Shown in pieces: positions 28,577-41,100 of a stretch of DNA of 64,000 bases (position 1 is the stretch's first letter; each line of letters starts with the position of its first letter). A program made the translations under genes and the position numbers. The stretch covers positions 124,001 through 188,000 of IMG/VR virus record IMGVR_UViG_3300020469_003050, one strand, 5' to 3'. A model generated the notes under the pieces. That model saw nothing but the letters and a program-made list of their open reading frames with translations. It ran no database searches and was not told the DNA's origin.

Positions 28577-29248
28577 TTAACTAAGTTGAATAGTTATCGT
28601 ATAATCTATTTCGATAGTCCTATTCGCTGACAATAACACAGGATGAAATGTTACATGTGTTAGCATCAGGGTCTTTGTTTCGTCTAATACGCCAGCATCT
28701 GTTACGCCAGCTAATAGACCAATTTCGTCAAATGTAAACGCCGCGACACTTTGGCTATGGGTATTGCTATCCGTTATTGGTAAATCAACACTTGGATCGC
28801 TTGTTTTGACCATTGCTTCGTATTTGTCGTGATCCAGCTTTACATTAAAATTAATCTTTGATGTGTTTTCTGGAATTGTAATTCCAGCTTCATCTTGTCC
28901 AGGATGAAATACTGTATTAGTAGTCTCCTGTTGATACGTCTTAGAATATAACTTTGAATTACTCGCAGTCATATCTAACTTGTCGTATGTTGTGAAAACT
29001 CTTGGAGAACGGTATGATAGTGTAGTAGTTGAATTACTACCGCCATTACCGAACGCCATCCAATTGATAAACGGTGATGTACCAGTACCATTGACACTTG
29101 TTGGTTGACCAGCAAGCCCACAGGCTAGTACATATGCCATATTACCTGGATGAATAGCATTTTTCTTGTCAACAAGTACTTTTCCTGTCTCAACATCTGA
29201 TATTTTGAGCATTCCCACTACTTGTGCTTGTATATTATCTTTAAACAT
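28577..29248 (-). CDS. baseplate-associated structural protein
   Basis: KNAIH...MAFGNGG...FDEIGL...MLTHVTFHPV...IDYTITIQ; preceded by a late promoter. Confidence 0.6.
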   Translation of the reverse strand: MFKDNIQAQVVGMLKISDVETGKVLVDKKNAIHPGNMAYVLACGLAGQPTSVNGTGTSPFINWMAFGNGGSNSTTTLSYRSPRVFTTYDKLDMTASNSKLYSKTYQQETTNTVFHPGQDEAGITIPENTSKINFNVKLDHDKYEAMVKTSDPSVDLPITDSNTHSQSVAAFTFDEIGLLAGVTDAGVLDETKTLMLTHVTFHPVLLSANRTIEIDYTITIQLS

Positions 29249-29273
29249 TTTTATCTCTCTTAGTAATCTTAAC

Positions 29274-29281
29274 TATTTATC
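29274..29281 (-). promoter_or_regulatory. late promoter GATAAATA
   Basis: Intergenic, 25 nt upstream of ATG 29248. Confidence 0.65.
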
Positions 29282-29301
29282 AAAATACCTTCCATATCAT
29301 T

Positions 29302-32300
29302 TTATATCCACTCTGGCTTCAATTTACCGTGCAACGTCATTTCAAGTGGCGTATCTAACGCATAAATTTTATTAGCAGTGCCAGGAGATATGTGTAATCC
29401 TGTATATAGACCTCTTTCGTCAATAGTAAGGTTTTGTGATGCTTTCTTGTTGTATGTCATAAATTCTATGATACCTGTTGTCTCATTCTCAAAAGCAATC
29501 AATTTCTTGTTCTTCTTAGATGCAGTTGTGAAGGATGCCGGAGTATTTACTACTAATGTCGTTCCATCGAATGTTGTAGCAGTCGATTCGGCTTTCACTT
29601 CTATTTTCCACCCACGACCAAACATATCATACACAAACATATAAGTCTTGTCATGTGTAGTTCTGGTATCGTCAGTGTATCTCTTGACTTTCACAGTTGA
29701 GGAATCTAAAAACTTAGGAAGAACTAAGCCAGTATCGAACCCACCTTCGTCATTTGTATTCTGATATCTTGTTCTTAATAGTCTTCCTTGCTCCCAAGTT
29801 CCATCTTCTATGTCTGGATAGTTATCTGCATCAATGATATTTTCATTTCCGCCTTCTAGTATGTCATCACTATAACGTGAATGATTACCAAAGTCAAGTT
29901 TAATTTTGTGTAATTCTTCTATATCTACATTTGTGTTTGCAACTTCGTTTTGATTGTAGTGTCTTCTCTTAGTTCTTATCTTAGTGTGATAAGGTTTAGC
30001 TTCATTAATATACTCTACAATATCTTCTTCACTATCACGTTGGTATATTGCATATTGTCTAAACTCTCTGTGGAATAATCTTATATCTATGTAACTTGAT
30101 TTGAATAACCAATCTGGATGTGACTTTTCAGTATACAAATAATTAATCATACCGAATATCATATTATTAAGAAGATAAGGTACAGGATAACCTCTCAATA
30201 AAGAAAATAGTTCTTGTATCTGAACACCCAATGCGTTTTCGTAATACTGTTCTGATGCTACGTCATTTTCTGGTTTGACAACATCTACATAAGATAAATT
30301 CAATGAACTATTAGACCTATTAACTAATCGTAGAACACCTTCATGTTCTGCATAGAATTCATTATGAGTTGGTAATTCTAATTTAAATGATTTGATTCCT
30401 TCTCTATATAATTTTAACATGTCAAATGTTCTTGTTTTAGATAGATAACCAAATCTTTTAATTTCTTTGTATTCGTCTTTTAGATACCAATCTTTCATAG
30501 ACATAGCTAATTCATCTGGGTGTATAAAATCTTTATAGAATGGGAAGTCACCTTTTAAAAATCTGTTACTCATTTCTTTATTCATAAGTGAAGAAAAGTT
30601 TTCTCTAGCACTTTGTAGATTTGTAAACCAACTGTTTGCTACAGGCTGTACTCTGTATACTCTAACTACATCATCAACTAATACAGTAACAGATGAAGCA
30701 ATTTTTAATTTTGCGTTGTTGGCATTTACTGAATCAATATCAAAACTAATATCTTTAGCATCAATTATTTTAGAATTCAATGTAGCAACTATATCGTTTA
30801 TCGTTGCATCATCGGTTCCTTCACCATATAATCCTGATAAAATTGGGAAAGGTATACTAGCAAAGTTAGGATCACCTAACATAGACTGTTCGACTAATTT
30901 TTGGTCATATTGTTGGAACGTTATACCTGCCAGGCTATCTACAAGTTGATTTAATATTTCTCCATCAACTGGTGAACTTGGTGCACCAAGGTCTCCGCCT
31001 TCCCTAATAAATTTCCAGTCAACATGTTTAGTATCTATATCTGGTGTTACTCTGTATTCAACTGTTGCTGATATCTTTTCATTTTCAAACACGTAAGCAT
31101 TATTGCTTATAATAATTTTATTAGCTGAGACTGGAATAAATTTATTATTAATGTCACCAGATTCAATTAGCATTTTTATTTCTGCGATACTTAGAGATTT
31201 GTTTCCAACAGGCTCATTACCAACTTCACTCCAATAAAAGTATTCAGTAATAGATTTATTTTTAATCGTATCAAAATAAACTTTAGTTGTGAATGTTGTA
31301 ATTCCTTCTGGGAGTTCCTGACTCTTTGTCCATTGTTTGATATTAATTTCTGAACCTGGAACTAACTTGCCCCAATATTTTGACACGTGTGCTTCTACTA
31401 AGTTTTTGTTCAAGTCACCGTAATCGTTGTATCTATAATAACGTGCAAGACTTGTATCCCACCAAATCTTTCCTAAATTCTCATCAAGCCACAATTCATT
31501 AGAACTTGTTTCATCATATCCTGCAGGATCTTCCCAAGTTATATAATCAATGTCTTTAACTGCTGTTCCTGGGAACTTTAAGTTTAGTGGATCGAATAAC
31601 TGATAGTTAAAGAAGTTTTCACCATCACGTAAAATCATACGTTTCATATAATCTACTTCAAGTGTATTTGCTTGTCTGTTTCTTATTAATAATGTTCCTG
31701 TACTATTTCTAGTTAAAATAGCCCAGCCTTCACCATCATAATCGTCTGCCCAAATTAATGCTTCTGAATTTAATCCTAAGTCAGTATAGAATTCATCAAA
31801 CTTTTCAAACCTAAAGAATGGAGTAAATCTCATAGACTTCCAACGCATTGCTTTGAAATTAGCATTACTTGTTACACTAGTATATTCTCTATACAATCCT
31901 AATTTATTTAACATAGCTTCTGTTGTTCCGCTAAATGTTAAACTAACATTACTTGATGTAAATACCATTCTGCCATCACTAGTGATGTTTGCAGATACGT
32001 CTGTTGATTGTGAGTTTATTTGGTCTTTGAATTCTGTTGCACTACTGCTAGTAGTTATAGCATTTGAATATGTTCCTACTGGTATACCTATGTCATTAAG
32101 TGGGTTACCAATTACATTTGTTAGAACAATACTAGATTGTGTACTTGTAATTTGTAATTGTCTTCCAGAAGTTCCTTTCGTAACTGTTACACCCGTAACG
32201 CCTGATAGTGCTTGATTTTCTATATCTTCTTTTATGTTTGTTAGAGAATCTACTGTAACTGTTGTAGATGAAAATCCTAATCTACTCATTGCTCCAGCAG

Positions 32301-35300
32301 TTACTTCTACGATTTCTAAAGTTGGATTAGAACTTGTAATCGATATTGCACCACCTGTTGCTGTTGCTGTCACTCCAGATAAAGCAGGAATAGAATTTAT
32401 TTGATTTACTACTGATGTTGATGTTGGTTCAGATGTTGCGTTGTATGTACCAGCACTCATTCCTAATGTCGTTAATGCAGTACCACCTAAGACCATTGTA
32501 TTGTTTGAACTTGCTATTGTTAGTATGCCACCTACTGATACAGTGGCTGTTATACCAGCGATTGTTGACAATTCTGTAGCAATGTTTTCAAACTTACTTG
32601 CTCTATAAGAAGTGCCTGTAGATAGACCTAAATCTTGTAATGCTGATCCTGATAATTCTAAAACACCAGAACTAGTTGTCAATACTAATTCATCATCAAC
32701 TGTTTTACTTGCAACAACATCTATACTATTTGTATTAATATTTGTTATAACTGCATCAACATCATCTCCTGATATTAATGATAACAGTGTTCCATTAATC
32801 TGTAGTGGTTTGTTTTGTGGTATCGTTGGTGCTAGTACTGTTCCTGTGACTGTTAAATCTGCGAAAGATTTTGTTACACTATCTACTATTACAGTTTCTC
32901 CAGCAGATATTGCCGTAGTTTCTGTTGCAGTAGAACTTTCACTGATACTAGATACGGCACTAAAATCAACTGTAAGTGTTGTGCCATTGATTGTGACTTC
33001 ATCATCTTTTTGAGAAGTTAAACCAGATGTTGCTGTTGCAGTTGTACCTCTAAATGTAACAAGTGTATTTGAGTTTTCTATTGTTCCGTTTGCCCCATAT
33101 ACAATCATCTGCATTCTTTCATTTGAAGAAACAACTGGATCAACTGTTGCTGATTCACCACCAATGTTTATTCCACTAGATGATGTTCCACTTCCTGGTA
33201 CATATGAGAATGTTGTTCCATCTATAACGAGACTGTCACCAGTAGATATAACTGGATTACTTACTGAGCCGATAGCTTCAACGCCTTGTTGTGATGAAGT
33301 TGGTACAAATAAACTATTACTTGTAGAACTATCAATCTCAACAATAAGAGGTTCGTAGTTTAATTCAAATACTAAGTATTCATAAATTAATATACCATCA
33401 ACTGTTTTTGTTCCGTTACTTACTAGATAATAATAATCAGCAACTTCGGGATCAATGGTTGAGTTTTTAATTTTTAAATATACAGTTTCAACTGTATCGA
33501 TTTCATTTGTTAAACCAATGTATAATTGGTTATCATCTGTTTCACCTATGTAGGCAATTTCTGCAACTTCACTTAATCTTCTTACGTCCCATTCTCTGTT
33601 AGGATCAAATTGAATCCATGCAGTATCGCCTTCATATAATGTTTCATTATTTAAATTTACTAAATCATATTCTGTTTTTACTGTGTGATTTACATCACTG
33701 CCGTCAACATATCCTGTAGTCTTTACAGGGTAATACTTTGGTATCTCTCTGAATACGAATGGTTGTGGAAGATTATCATATGAAATCGTATGTGGATCAC
33801 TTAAGATTTCAATAGTATTGACATCTTGTGATACTTTATATCCGTTGTTTAATTTTCCATATTCATTAATTTTTACTGCCCAAACATCTTGGTGTGTAAC
33901 ATCTTTATAGTTACTATTGTTGTTAATAATTCTATTGATAGCAGACTCAGTTCCTTTATGAGATAAGAATCCTTTATAAAACTCTAATGAACTTTCTCTT
34001 TCTATTCCATGATTTGAAAGATATGCTCTTTTGCTATAACCAATCTGTGAACCTTTAAGAGTGTTAGTTGAATCTAAACTTTGGTCAATAAGTGTATCTC
34101 TATAATATTTTGATTCTTCTGCGATAGTTTCAAAGTTTGGAATCAGTTCATCGCCGTATGTTAAATAACCATCTACTGTTAATGTACCGTCCCAATCGAT
34201 ATTTCTATTACAATCAATTTGCATACGTAAGTTTCTATTATGATTGTGAGGATCATATATAACATCGTTATAACTATCTACTCTGTCTACAACAAATGCG
34301 TGTTCAACATCTTTAATATCAATTTTCATTCCGTAAATCGGAACATCACTTCTAAAGTTTATTGTTTTGCCATCTGTCGTAAAGTTAATTGAAGTATTTG
34401 GAATTAATCTACCTGATGCATCGACTACACGATAAAAGTTTTTATGTGTTTCTTTTCTTACTGTTGCTACACCGTACGGTGCTGTAAAATTACCTGATAG
34501 TAACATAGGAGACAATGTAATAAAGTCACCTGGTTCATGTGTTTCTGAACTCCACTCTAAAAACTTTAATAGTAACTGTTCATAATTTATTGTGTTACCT
34601 TGTTCGTCTATATCTGTGAAACCCCAACCTATTAATTCTAAATATTTCTGATAGCCTACCATTAAGTGTGCAACATCATCTATTGAAGTTACTATGTCTC
34701 CATAGTTAAAAGATTTAATTGCATCATTTTGAAATTCTTTATACCCATATGCAGTGATAACATTAGTTGTAGGCCATTCTACTAATTGTTTCCAATCTTC
34801 AATGTTATCATCTAATAATGTTGTTGATGTATGTTCACGTAAACAAACATAAGCCTGACCTTGATATTTCATGTAACTGTCTTGTCTATAGAAATATCCT
34901 TCTTGCCATTCATTAAGATTCATTCTATCGCCTTTAGTACTGAATGCTTTTTCTCCAGAACTTCTGTCCCAATCCATAGCAAAGAATGTAGGATTTACTT
35001 CATCGTATCCTTGAACTCTATAACCAAAAGATTGTGTCTTAGGCTGTGAAATCATTACCCATGCTTGATAATCAAAATTTATAGCACCAGTAAATTCTGC
35101 CGTTGTTTGTCCGTCTAACTTTCTTTTATAATATTTTTTATCAGATTCGTTATATACAATATCGCCTGGTTTATATGAAGCAGTATTTCCTAATGCGTAT
35201 ATTGGATGTGCAGAATCCATTGAAACTTTTTCAATTACTATTGCACTGAAAAATTCACTTCTATTTGGTTCTCCTGAATGTATTACTAACTCATAATTGT

Positions 35301-38160
35301 CTTTAGGTATCTCTGTATACTTACTGTTAGACATAGAAGTGTTCTCTGCAAACAATCTAAAGTTGTTTACAAAACCACCCAATTTAGAACCTAATTTAAA
35401 TTCGTATTCTCTTTTTTGTAAAAGAATTTGAGAAGTGTTATGTCCTTCTCTGCTATTATTAATTTCGATTGTTCTATTAACTTCATCTTTGTATGTATGA
35501 AGAATTTTAAAAGGCTTAGTTAACATCATTAAAATAAACTGAGCAAAAGGATATTCACTTGAACGTCTCCACGCCATTTCAACTGGAGAACCGTCACCGA
35601 ATTCCCAATCTTCACTTAATCTACCTATATCATTGTTGCTAATCTGACCATTAAAAAATAAACTATTGATTGGACGCAACTGATTATTAGAACCAACTGG
35701 TACTGGAATATTTGAAATATTATAAGCTGTAAATAAACTATTCCAAAAAGTAGGGTCTGTAAAATCTGAACCATATGTTGTTCTAAAATTCTCAGGCTCT
35801 TGTGATAGTCCTACTACTTTCCAAGGTTCTTCAAGTGGATTATCTGTATTATAAGCAAACTCAAATATACCACGCCAGTTTCCCGGAGATGTTGCATCGT
35901 AATTTCTATAGTTCCATGACTTCCAATCACTGACATCATATGTAGTATTTTTTAAATCATCTATGTTGTTTCTAATCATCCACTTTTTAAAGAAAGGATA
36001 CATTGTGTAGTTCTTCTCAGAATTGCTCCACTCTCCGCTATTTGCAGATTGATAAACTCCGTAATTAACATAGTCTAGTGTTGTTCTTTCAATATTCTTA
36101 TCTAAGTTATTCCAAATAAAAGTTTCGAACATCAACATAATTGAATCTGTTCTATCACCGTATGCCGCCATTAATGATCCGTCATGACCTCTAAGAAAGT
36201 TTACATTGCTAGAGTAGTTTTCGTCTACTACTATTTCAGGCTTATACGCAGGATTTAGTTTTAAATAAGTTGAACTTGGTGGAATGAATGCTTCTTTAAT
36301 ACTGTCGTATCTTCTTACTATAATTGTACTAGTGCTTGGTATATCTTCTTTAAATGTTATTTCATTACCTGTATCAGATATTGTATAATCAACATCTAAT
36401 CTTTGTAATACATTATCTTTAAATACTGATACTGCCCTGTCTTCTCCGAAAGGTAATATTTCTGATGGGACAACTTGTTCTTTAGCATTAGGTGTAATAG
36501 TCATTTCTGCTTCTTGGAAATGAGAAAATATTTCACCATGATTAATCATGTCAAGTTTGTCAAATATACTGATGCTATCTCTCTTAGATAAAGAAATAGT
36601 ATTAAGTGCTTCTTCAAGTATTAATAAATCTGATTTAGATGTACTGCCTGCGCCATCTAAGATTTCTCTTATTGTAGTTACTAGTTTATTTTTGTAACCT
36701 TGATATGTTGTAGATAAAAACTCAACTGCTTTGATTGGGTCATAGTCGTCCCTAGTCAATGCAAAGAAGGCATCTTTTACATCAACTGAGTTTGTAACTA
36801 ATACACTTCCTCTGTTATTAAATGTAGTTGTAATACCTGTTGCTGTTAATTTTCTAAAATTGTTAAAACCGTTTGCATCTCCCGTAAGACCAGGTGTAGT
36901 TTCTACTATTCTTAAAAAGTGTTCGTAAACTAATGAATAAGATAAATTTGTGTTTGTGTAAGTTTTATTATCAACGTTAAATTCTAATGAATGATGCAGT
37001 CTTTGAAAACCAGTGTCACCGTCGTTTACTACAGGACTGTTTGTACAGTAGTCAACGTATACAAAACCTTCTGGTGCATTGTTCAAAGTTATAATATTAT
37101 TAGTAACATCAACTGTGTAGTTAGTTGGATTATTTGTATCTGAGTTAAGTCTTTGTAATTTTATACCATCAATATATACATCTATTGCATTTTCACTTTG
37201 AGGTGCTTGTGATAATGTTAATGATGTTCCTGCTTCTCTTCCAAACTCTTGTCTAAAATTTCTATAAGGAAATATAGTATCAATATAGATTGGTTGTACT
37301 TGACCATCTACATCAAACTGTTGGTCGTCTGCCATGTCGATATTGAATTGAAACTCACTGATATAATCACCAGCAACCATTAACGGGACAAACCCTAATT
37401 CTTGGTCTGCATTATATAGTGTACTGTCGCCTAATACATATGAAAATATTTTTGCATTTGTATCAGTCACTATACCATCTTTGTCGTATACTTTAAATGT
37501 AGGAAATTCCCAATCTGTACCAGCTACTTTGGCTAAACTATCATTACTAAGTTCAAGTCTACTATCAAATTCAATGATAGGTCTTTTTGCTTGTTCCATG
37601 TATTCACTACTATCTTCTGTGATAAGATTTTTAATATCGTCATAGTGATACCATTGATTTTCGTTTGCCCACCAGTTGTCTACTGCGAATAAATTTAATT
37701 GGTCTCTGCCAATAGTAACGTAATGTTTTTTAGTACTACCAGTTATAGATGTGTCGAACCCTGGCTTAATCCAATAATACATTTCAAAGTTAATAAACTT
37801 ATCTAAATGAATTGGAATATTAATTGTTTTCTTTTTTGTATCGAATAATCTTCTGTGGTCGTTTGTTAATGCACCTTTATTGAATAATGCATTAAGCATA
37901 TCTTCATAGAATACTTTATCATATGTACTAGCATAGACTGGTTCTAATCCGTAATTTTCACGATTGAATGCATGTGGAGGGAAAGTTAGATAGATATCGT
38001 TTTCTCTGTTTATTCCCTTTTCTTTTCTACCTACAAATGCTCTAGTTTTCTCAACTGAGCCTTTAGAGAATGCTCGTTCCAGTGTACCTTCAAAGATAGT
38101 TTCTAATTCACTATTCTTTAAATGTCCTGGAAGAAAGTCATAAATTTTATTCTTAGCCAT
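29302..38160 (-). CDS. giant (2952 aa) virion/baseplate structural protein
   Basis: Coupled to the gp6-like gene; AKPYHTKIR and WWD/YYRY-type motifs typical of jumbo-phage baseplate proteins; internal S/T-rich repeats. Confidence 0.65.
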   Translation of the reverse strand: MAKNKIYDFLPGHLKNSELETIFEGTLERAFSKGSVEKTRAFVGRKEKGINRENDIYLTFPPHAFNRENYGLEPVYASTYDKVFYEDMLNALFNKGALTNDHRRLFDTKKKTINIPIHLDKFINFEMYYWIKPGFDTSITGSTKKHYVTIGRDQLNLFAVDNWWANENQWYHYDDIKNLITEDSSEYMEQAKRPIIEFDSRLELSNDSLAKVAGTDWEFPTFKVYDKDGIVTDTNAKIFSYVLGDSTLYNADQELGFVPLMVAGDYISEFQFNIDMADDQQFDVDGQVQPIYIDTIFPYRNFRQEFGREAGTSLTLSQAPQSENAIDVYIDGIKLQRLNSDTNNPTNYTVDVTNNIITLNNAPEGFVYVDYCTNSPVVNDGDTGFQRLHHSLEFNVDNKTYTNTNLSYSLVYEHFLRIVETTPGLTGDANGFNNFRKLTATGITTTFNNRGSVLVTNSVDVKDAFFALTRDDYDPIKAVEFLSTTYQGYKNKLVTTIREILDGAGSTSKSDLLILEEALNTISLSKRDSISIFDKLDMINHGEIFSHFQEAEMTITPNAKEQVVPSEILPFGEDRAVSVFKDNVLQRLDVDYTISDTGNEITFKEDIPSTSTIIVRRYDSIKEAFIPPSSTYLKLNPAYKPEIVVDENYSSNVNFLRGHDGSLMAAYGDRTDSIMLMFETFIWNNLDKNIERTTLDYVNYGVYQSANSGEWSNSEKNYTMYPFFKKWMIRNNIDDLKNTTYDVSDWKSWNYRNYDATSPGNWRGIFEFAYNTDNPLEEPWKVVGLSQEPENFRTTYGSDFTDPTFWNSLFTAYNISNIPVPVGSNNQLRPINSLFFNGQISNNDIGRLSEDWEFGDGSPVEMAWRRSSEYPFAQFILMMLTKPFKILHTYKDEVNRTIEINNSREGHNTSQILLQKREYEFKLGSKLGGFVNNFRLFAENTSMSNSKYTEIPKDNYELVIHSGEPNRSEFFSAIVIEKVSMDSAHPIYALGNTASYKPGDIVYNESDKKYYKRKLDGQTTAEFTGAINFDYQAWVMISQPKTQSFGYRVQGYDEVNPTFFAMDWDRSSGEKAFSTKGDRMNLNEWQEGYFYRQDSYMKYQGQAYVCLREHTSTTLLDDNIEDWKQLVEWPTTNVITAYGYKEFQNDAIKSFNYGDIVTSIDDVAHLMVGYQKYLELIGWGFTDIDEQGNTINYEQLLLKFLEWSSETHEPGDFITLSPMLLSGNFTAPYGVATVRKETHKNFYRVVDASGRLIPNTSINFTTDGKTINFRSDVPIYGMKIDIKDVEHAFVVDRVDSYNDVIYDPHNHNRNLRMQIDCNRNIDWDGTLTVDGYLTYGDELIPNFETIAEESKYYRDTLIDQSLDSTNTLKGSQIGYSKRAYLSNHGIERESSLEFYKGFLSHKGTESAINRIINNNSNYKDVTHQDVWAVKINEYGKLNNGYKVSQDVNTIEILSDPHTISYDNLPQPFVFREIPKYYPVKTTGYVDGSDVNHTVKTEYDLVNLNNETLYEGDTAWIQFDPNREWDVRRLSEVAEIAYIGETDDNQLYIGLTNEIDTVETVYLKIKNSTIDPEVADYYYLVSNGTKTVDGILIYEYLVFELNYEPLIVEIDSSTSNSLFVPTSSQQGVEAIGSVSNPVISTGDSLVIDGTTFSYVPGSGTSSSGINIGGESATVDPVVSSNERMQMIVYGANGTIENSNTLVTFRGTTATATSGLTSQKDDEVTINGTTLTVDFSAVSSISESSTATETTAISAGETVIVDSVTKSFADLTVTGTVLAPTIPQNKPLQINGTLLSLISGDDVDAVITNINTNSIDVVASKTVDDELVLTTSSGVLELSGSALQDLGLSTGTSYRASKFENIATELSTIAGITATVSVGGILTIASSNNTMVLGGTALTTLGMSAGTYNATSEPTSTSVVNQINSIPALSGVTATATGGAISITSSNPTLEIVEVTAGAMSRLGFSSTTVTVDSLTNIKEDIENQALSGVTGVTVTKGTSGRQLQITSTQSSIVLTNVIGNPLNDIGIPVGTYSNAITTSSSATEFKDQINSQSTDVSANITSDGRMVFTSSNVSLTFSGTTEAMLNKLGLYREYTSVTSNANFKAMRWKSMRFTPFFRFEKFDEFYTDLGLNSEALIWADDYDGEGWAILTRNSTGTLLIRNRQANTLEVDYMKRMILRDGENFFNYQLFDPLNLKFPGTAVKDIDYITWEDPAGYDETSSNELWLDENLGKIWWDTSLARYYRYNDYGDLNKNLVEAHVSKYWGKLVPGSEINIKQWTKSQELPEGITTFTTKVYFDTIKNKSITEYFYWSEVGNEPVGNKSLSIAEIKMLIESGDINNKFIPVSANKIIISNNAYVFENEKISATVEYRVTPDIDTKHVDWKFIREGGDLGAPSSPVDGEILNQLVDSLAGITFQQYDQKLVEQSMLGDPNFASIPFPILSGLYGEGTDDATINDIVATLNSKIIDAKDISFDIDSVNANNAKLKIASSVTVLVDDVVRVYRVQPVANSWFTNLQSARENFSSLMNKEMSNRFLKGDFPFYKDFIHPDELAMSMKDWYLKDEYKEIKRFGYLSKTRTFDMLKLYREGIKSFKLELPTHNEFYAEHEGVLRLVNRSNSSLNLSYVDVVKPENDVASEQYYENALGVQIQELFSLLRGYPVPYLLNNMIFGMINYLYTEKSHPDWLFKSSYIDIRLFHREFRQYAIYQRDSEEDIVEYINEAKPYHTKIRTKRRHYNQNEVANTNVDIEELHKIKLDFGNHSRYSDDILEGGNENIIDADNYPDIEDGTWEQGRLLRTRYQNTNDEGGFDTGLVLPKFLDSSTVKVKRYTDDTRTTHDKTYMFVYDMFGRGWKIEVKAESTATTFDGTTLVVNTPASFTTASKKNKKLIAFENETTGIIEFMTYNKKASQNLTIDERGLYTGLHISPGTANKIYALDTPLEMTLHGKLKPEWI

Positions 38161-41100
38161 TGCTTGTTACATCCTCGCCTTGAAGTTCTGATGTTGAAAT
38201 TGCTGAAATGCATTTGACATTTTCTGATGTAGTAACACTTAAGAAAATTTCATTTGGTTCACTAGTAATACTTAGTAAGTCTGTAAACTCACTAGTAGAA
38301 AATTTAGGTGTTATAACGACACTTGCAATATAATCTCCAAGTTGTTGATGTAAGTATGATGCTAATTCTGAGAAGTAGAACGTATCGCCAAACTCCCAAT
38401 TATCAAGTGCAAAGTATTCATTTACTTTAGATGATACGGCTGTTTTAACTTCACTGTCTGTGTACGCAGTTCCTGATTTTTTAACAACTTTAAAAGATGC
38501 TTGATTTTCAGGAGTAGCATATGCACCAAACAAGTATTTAAACTTAACTGGTATGTATGATATATGGTCTGCGATTGCTGACTTGGGTTCAATACCACCC
38601 ATTAGAGATTTCAATTCAAAATTATTAGGCGCTACTGGAATTTCTGTTTTAAATCCACCAGCTATCCATTGATTGACTCGTCTTACATAATCACTTGTAA
38701 GAACATACATATCAACAATATTACTTGTACTAGGATCAATTCTTTTGTCTATGTCTGCATAATGATCCCATCTGTAACTCATAAACTTATCTTCAACAAA
38801 ACTTTTTCCATCTACAACTGCATACTCTGAGTCACCATAGTACATTACACTATTAGGACCAGTTACTACTTCATTATAAACAAATGATGTTGTCCATATA
38901 CCTGCTTGATATAGATACCATGAATTATTATCAGTGTTAAACCATAAAGTATAATCTGGACTTTGTACTGCGGGTGCTATAGTATTATTTGATGCCGGGC
39001 CAGCTGTTGCTGTTTTTGCCGCTCGGTGTAATGTTATGTTAAGAGTTGGTTCGATATATGACTCTTGTACGAATTTAGAAATTAATATATTATTTTGTGC
39101 ATCTGTAGAGTTAAATATATTTAATATTCCGTATGGATTTCCTTTTGTATCAAGTGTAAGTAGTTTAACTTTACGTGCATCATCATAACCAGTATTGATT
39201 CTAAAATCATCATAAACATATGCACCAGTAGTTGCATAAGATGATGTTTGTGTTTCAACACCTTTTGCTACTTCGATTTCTGCAATAACTTTTACACTAA
39301 AGTCATCTAAGTCTGTAGTTGCACTTCCGTCACCAATGAATATATTATATAAACTTCCTACGCCTGGATCTATAGTCCAGAAAATAATTTTATATGCATT
39401 GCCTGAACCAGCTACTAATTCTAAATGTTCGTTATCAATTATATTATCATTAGCATCTTTGATAATCATATTGAATTGCGTTATAGATTCTGTAGTTGAG
39501 AAATTAAGTTCACCATATGCAAGTTGTCTAAACCTAACATCATTAGGTATATTGTCTGCACTAGTTATACCGTCACCGCCTGTTCCGTCTGCTAATACTC
39601 CCCAATTTTTGAAAGGATATGTAAACGTAAACAAATTAGTGTTTGTATCAAAGCCAGTAATAAAATCTTTTTGTACACCTGTCATACCAAACGTAGCACT
39701 TGTTGAAGTTTCTCCTGTTGGTAATGCACTAATATCAATCCATAAGAAATTGTTTGTCGTAGGTGCTGTACCAAAATATGCCAATGAAGGCAGACCTTTA
39801 AATCCGTATGTGTTTTCTAAGTTAGTACTTGTTACAGTACTAAACGATGCTTCTGCGTTTGCTACTGCGGCCGCTGATGTGTCAGTTACGATAGGTATAG
39901 TATCTGATGAAATAAATGTTTCAGTTGATGAATTCACTGATGAACCAGTTTCGATACTTGTAACGTTTGCAATAAATTGTGATATATCTGCAACTTCAAG
40001 TGTTATAGTATACTGTGGATCTGCACCGATAATATTCTCATTAGCGGCTGTCGGACTTGTGACCGAACCATCAGGTAAATCATATGTAATACCTACTGGA
40101 GATACTAATTGATGTGTATATTTTGTTGGAGTAAGTGGGTTATCTATATTAACAGAAGTAGGATCTATAAGTTCAAGGTTGTCTTTTGCACCTGTGTGTC
40201 TGTATACTGCATTAAATGTTCCACCACCTGTTCCATTGCTTTGGAAACCAGTAACTGGTGCGTAACCGATTGTTACGATATCATTATATTTTGTATCTGG
40301 TAGAACATTTAAAGAACCACCATCATAATAGTTAATTAGAATTTTATCTCTTTCAGCAAGATTTGTTTCATTGTCTACGATAATATTTTTGTTACCATAA
40401 TAAAATTTAACTTGGTCATAGCTTTCGAACACTACTCGCTTTCCAGTAAATTTAGCAGTGTACATGGCTTCACTTGCACGTATACCTGCATTATATTTAA
40501 ATTCTAAACTAATCTTAGATGATATATCAACTACACCATCCCAAATTTTCCACGTCCATAAATCTGTTGCGTTATCTCTTAAATCATAATATAAAGTGAA
40601 TGTTGAAGCATCATCAACAATCTTTTGTTTGACATCTGAAATTTCTGTAATTCCTAAACCTGCATCTTCGATAAACTTAGTTCTATATCCTCTTATAGCA
40701 GTTTTTACAGTACCATCTTCTGGTATAATTTTATCTAATACAACTGAACTTGGATCTACTGATAGTCCTGATGTATCTGGACTTACTACTCTAACAACAC
40801 GTGCATGATACTCAGTACCCGATGTGCCTACTAAATGTAAGTAGTCTCCTTGTGCTACACCCCATGGTGCACCTGAGGCACCGTCAATTTGTAAATTATT
40901 TAAGTCACTTTTAGTATAAGATTCATTTATAACTCTATTTGCACTAACATCATTTTTATATAAGAAGTGATACTTGTTAAACAATGATGCGTGTCCTAAT
41001 GCTCTTGACATTTCGTTTCTAACAAAGTCATCTGCATCACCACTGTTTCTATTGAAGAACAAAGCAACACTCATTGGTTCATCTTCGACAAATACAGAAC

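Noticed and set aside
29249-29375. 69 aa plus-strand ORF 29166-29375 spanning the intergenic gap
   Set aside because: Overlaps two minus-strand structural genes and a late promoter, with no supporting signals.
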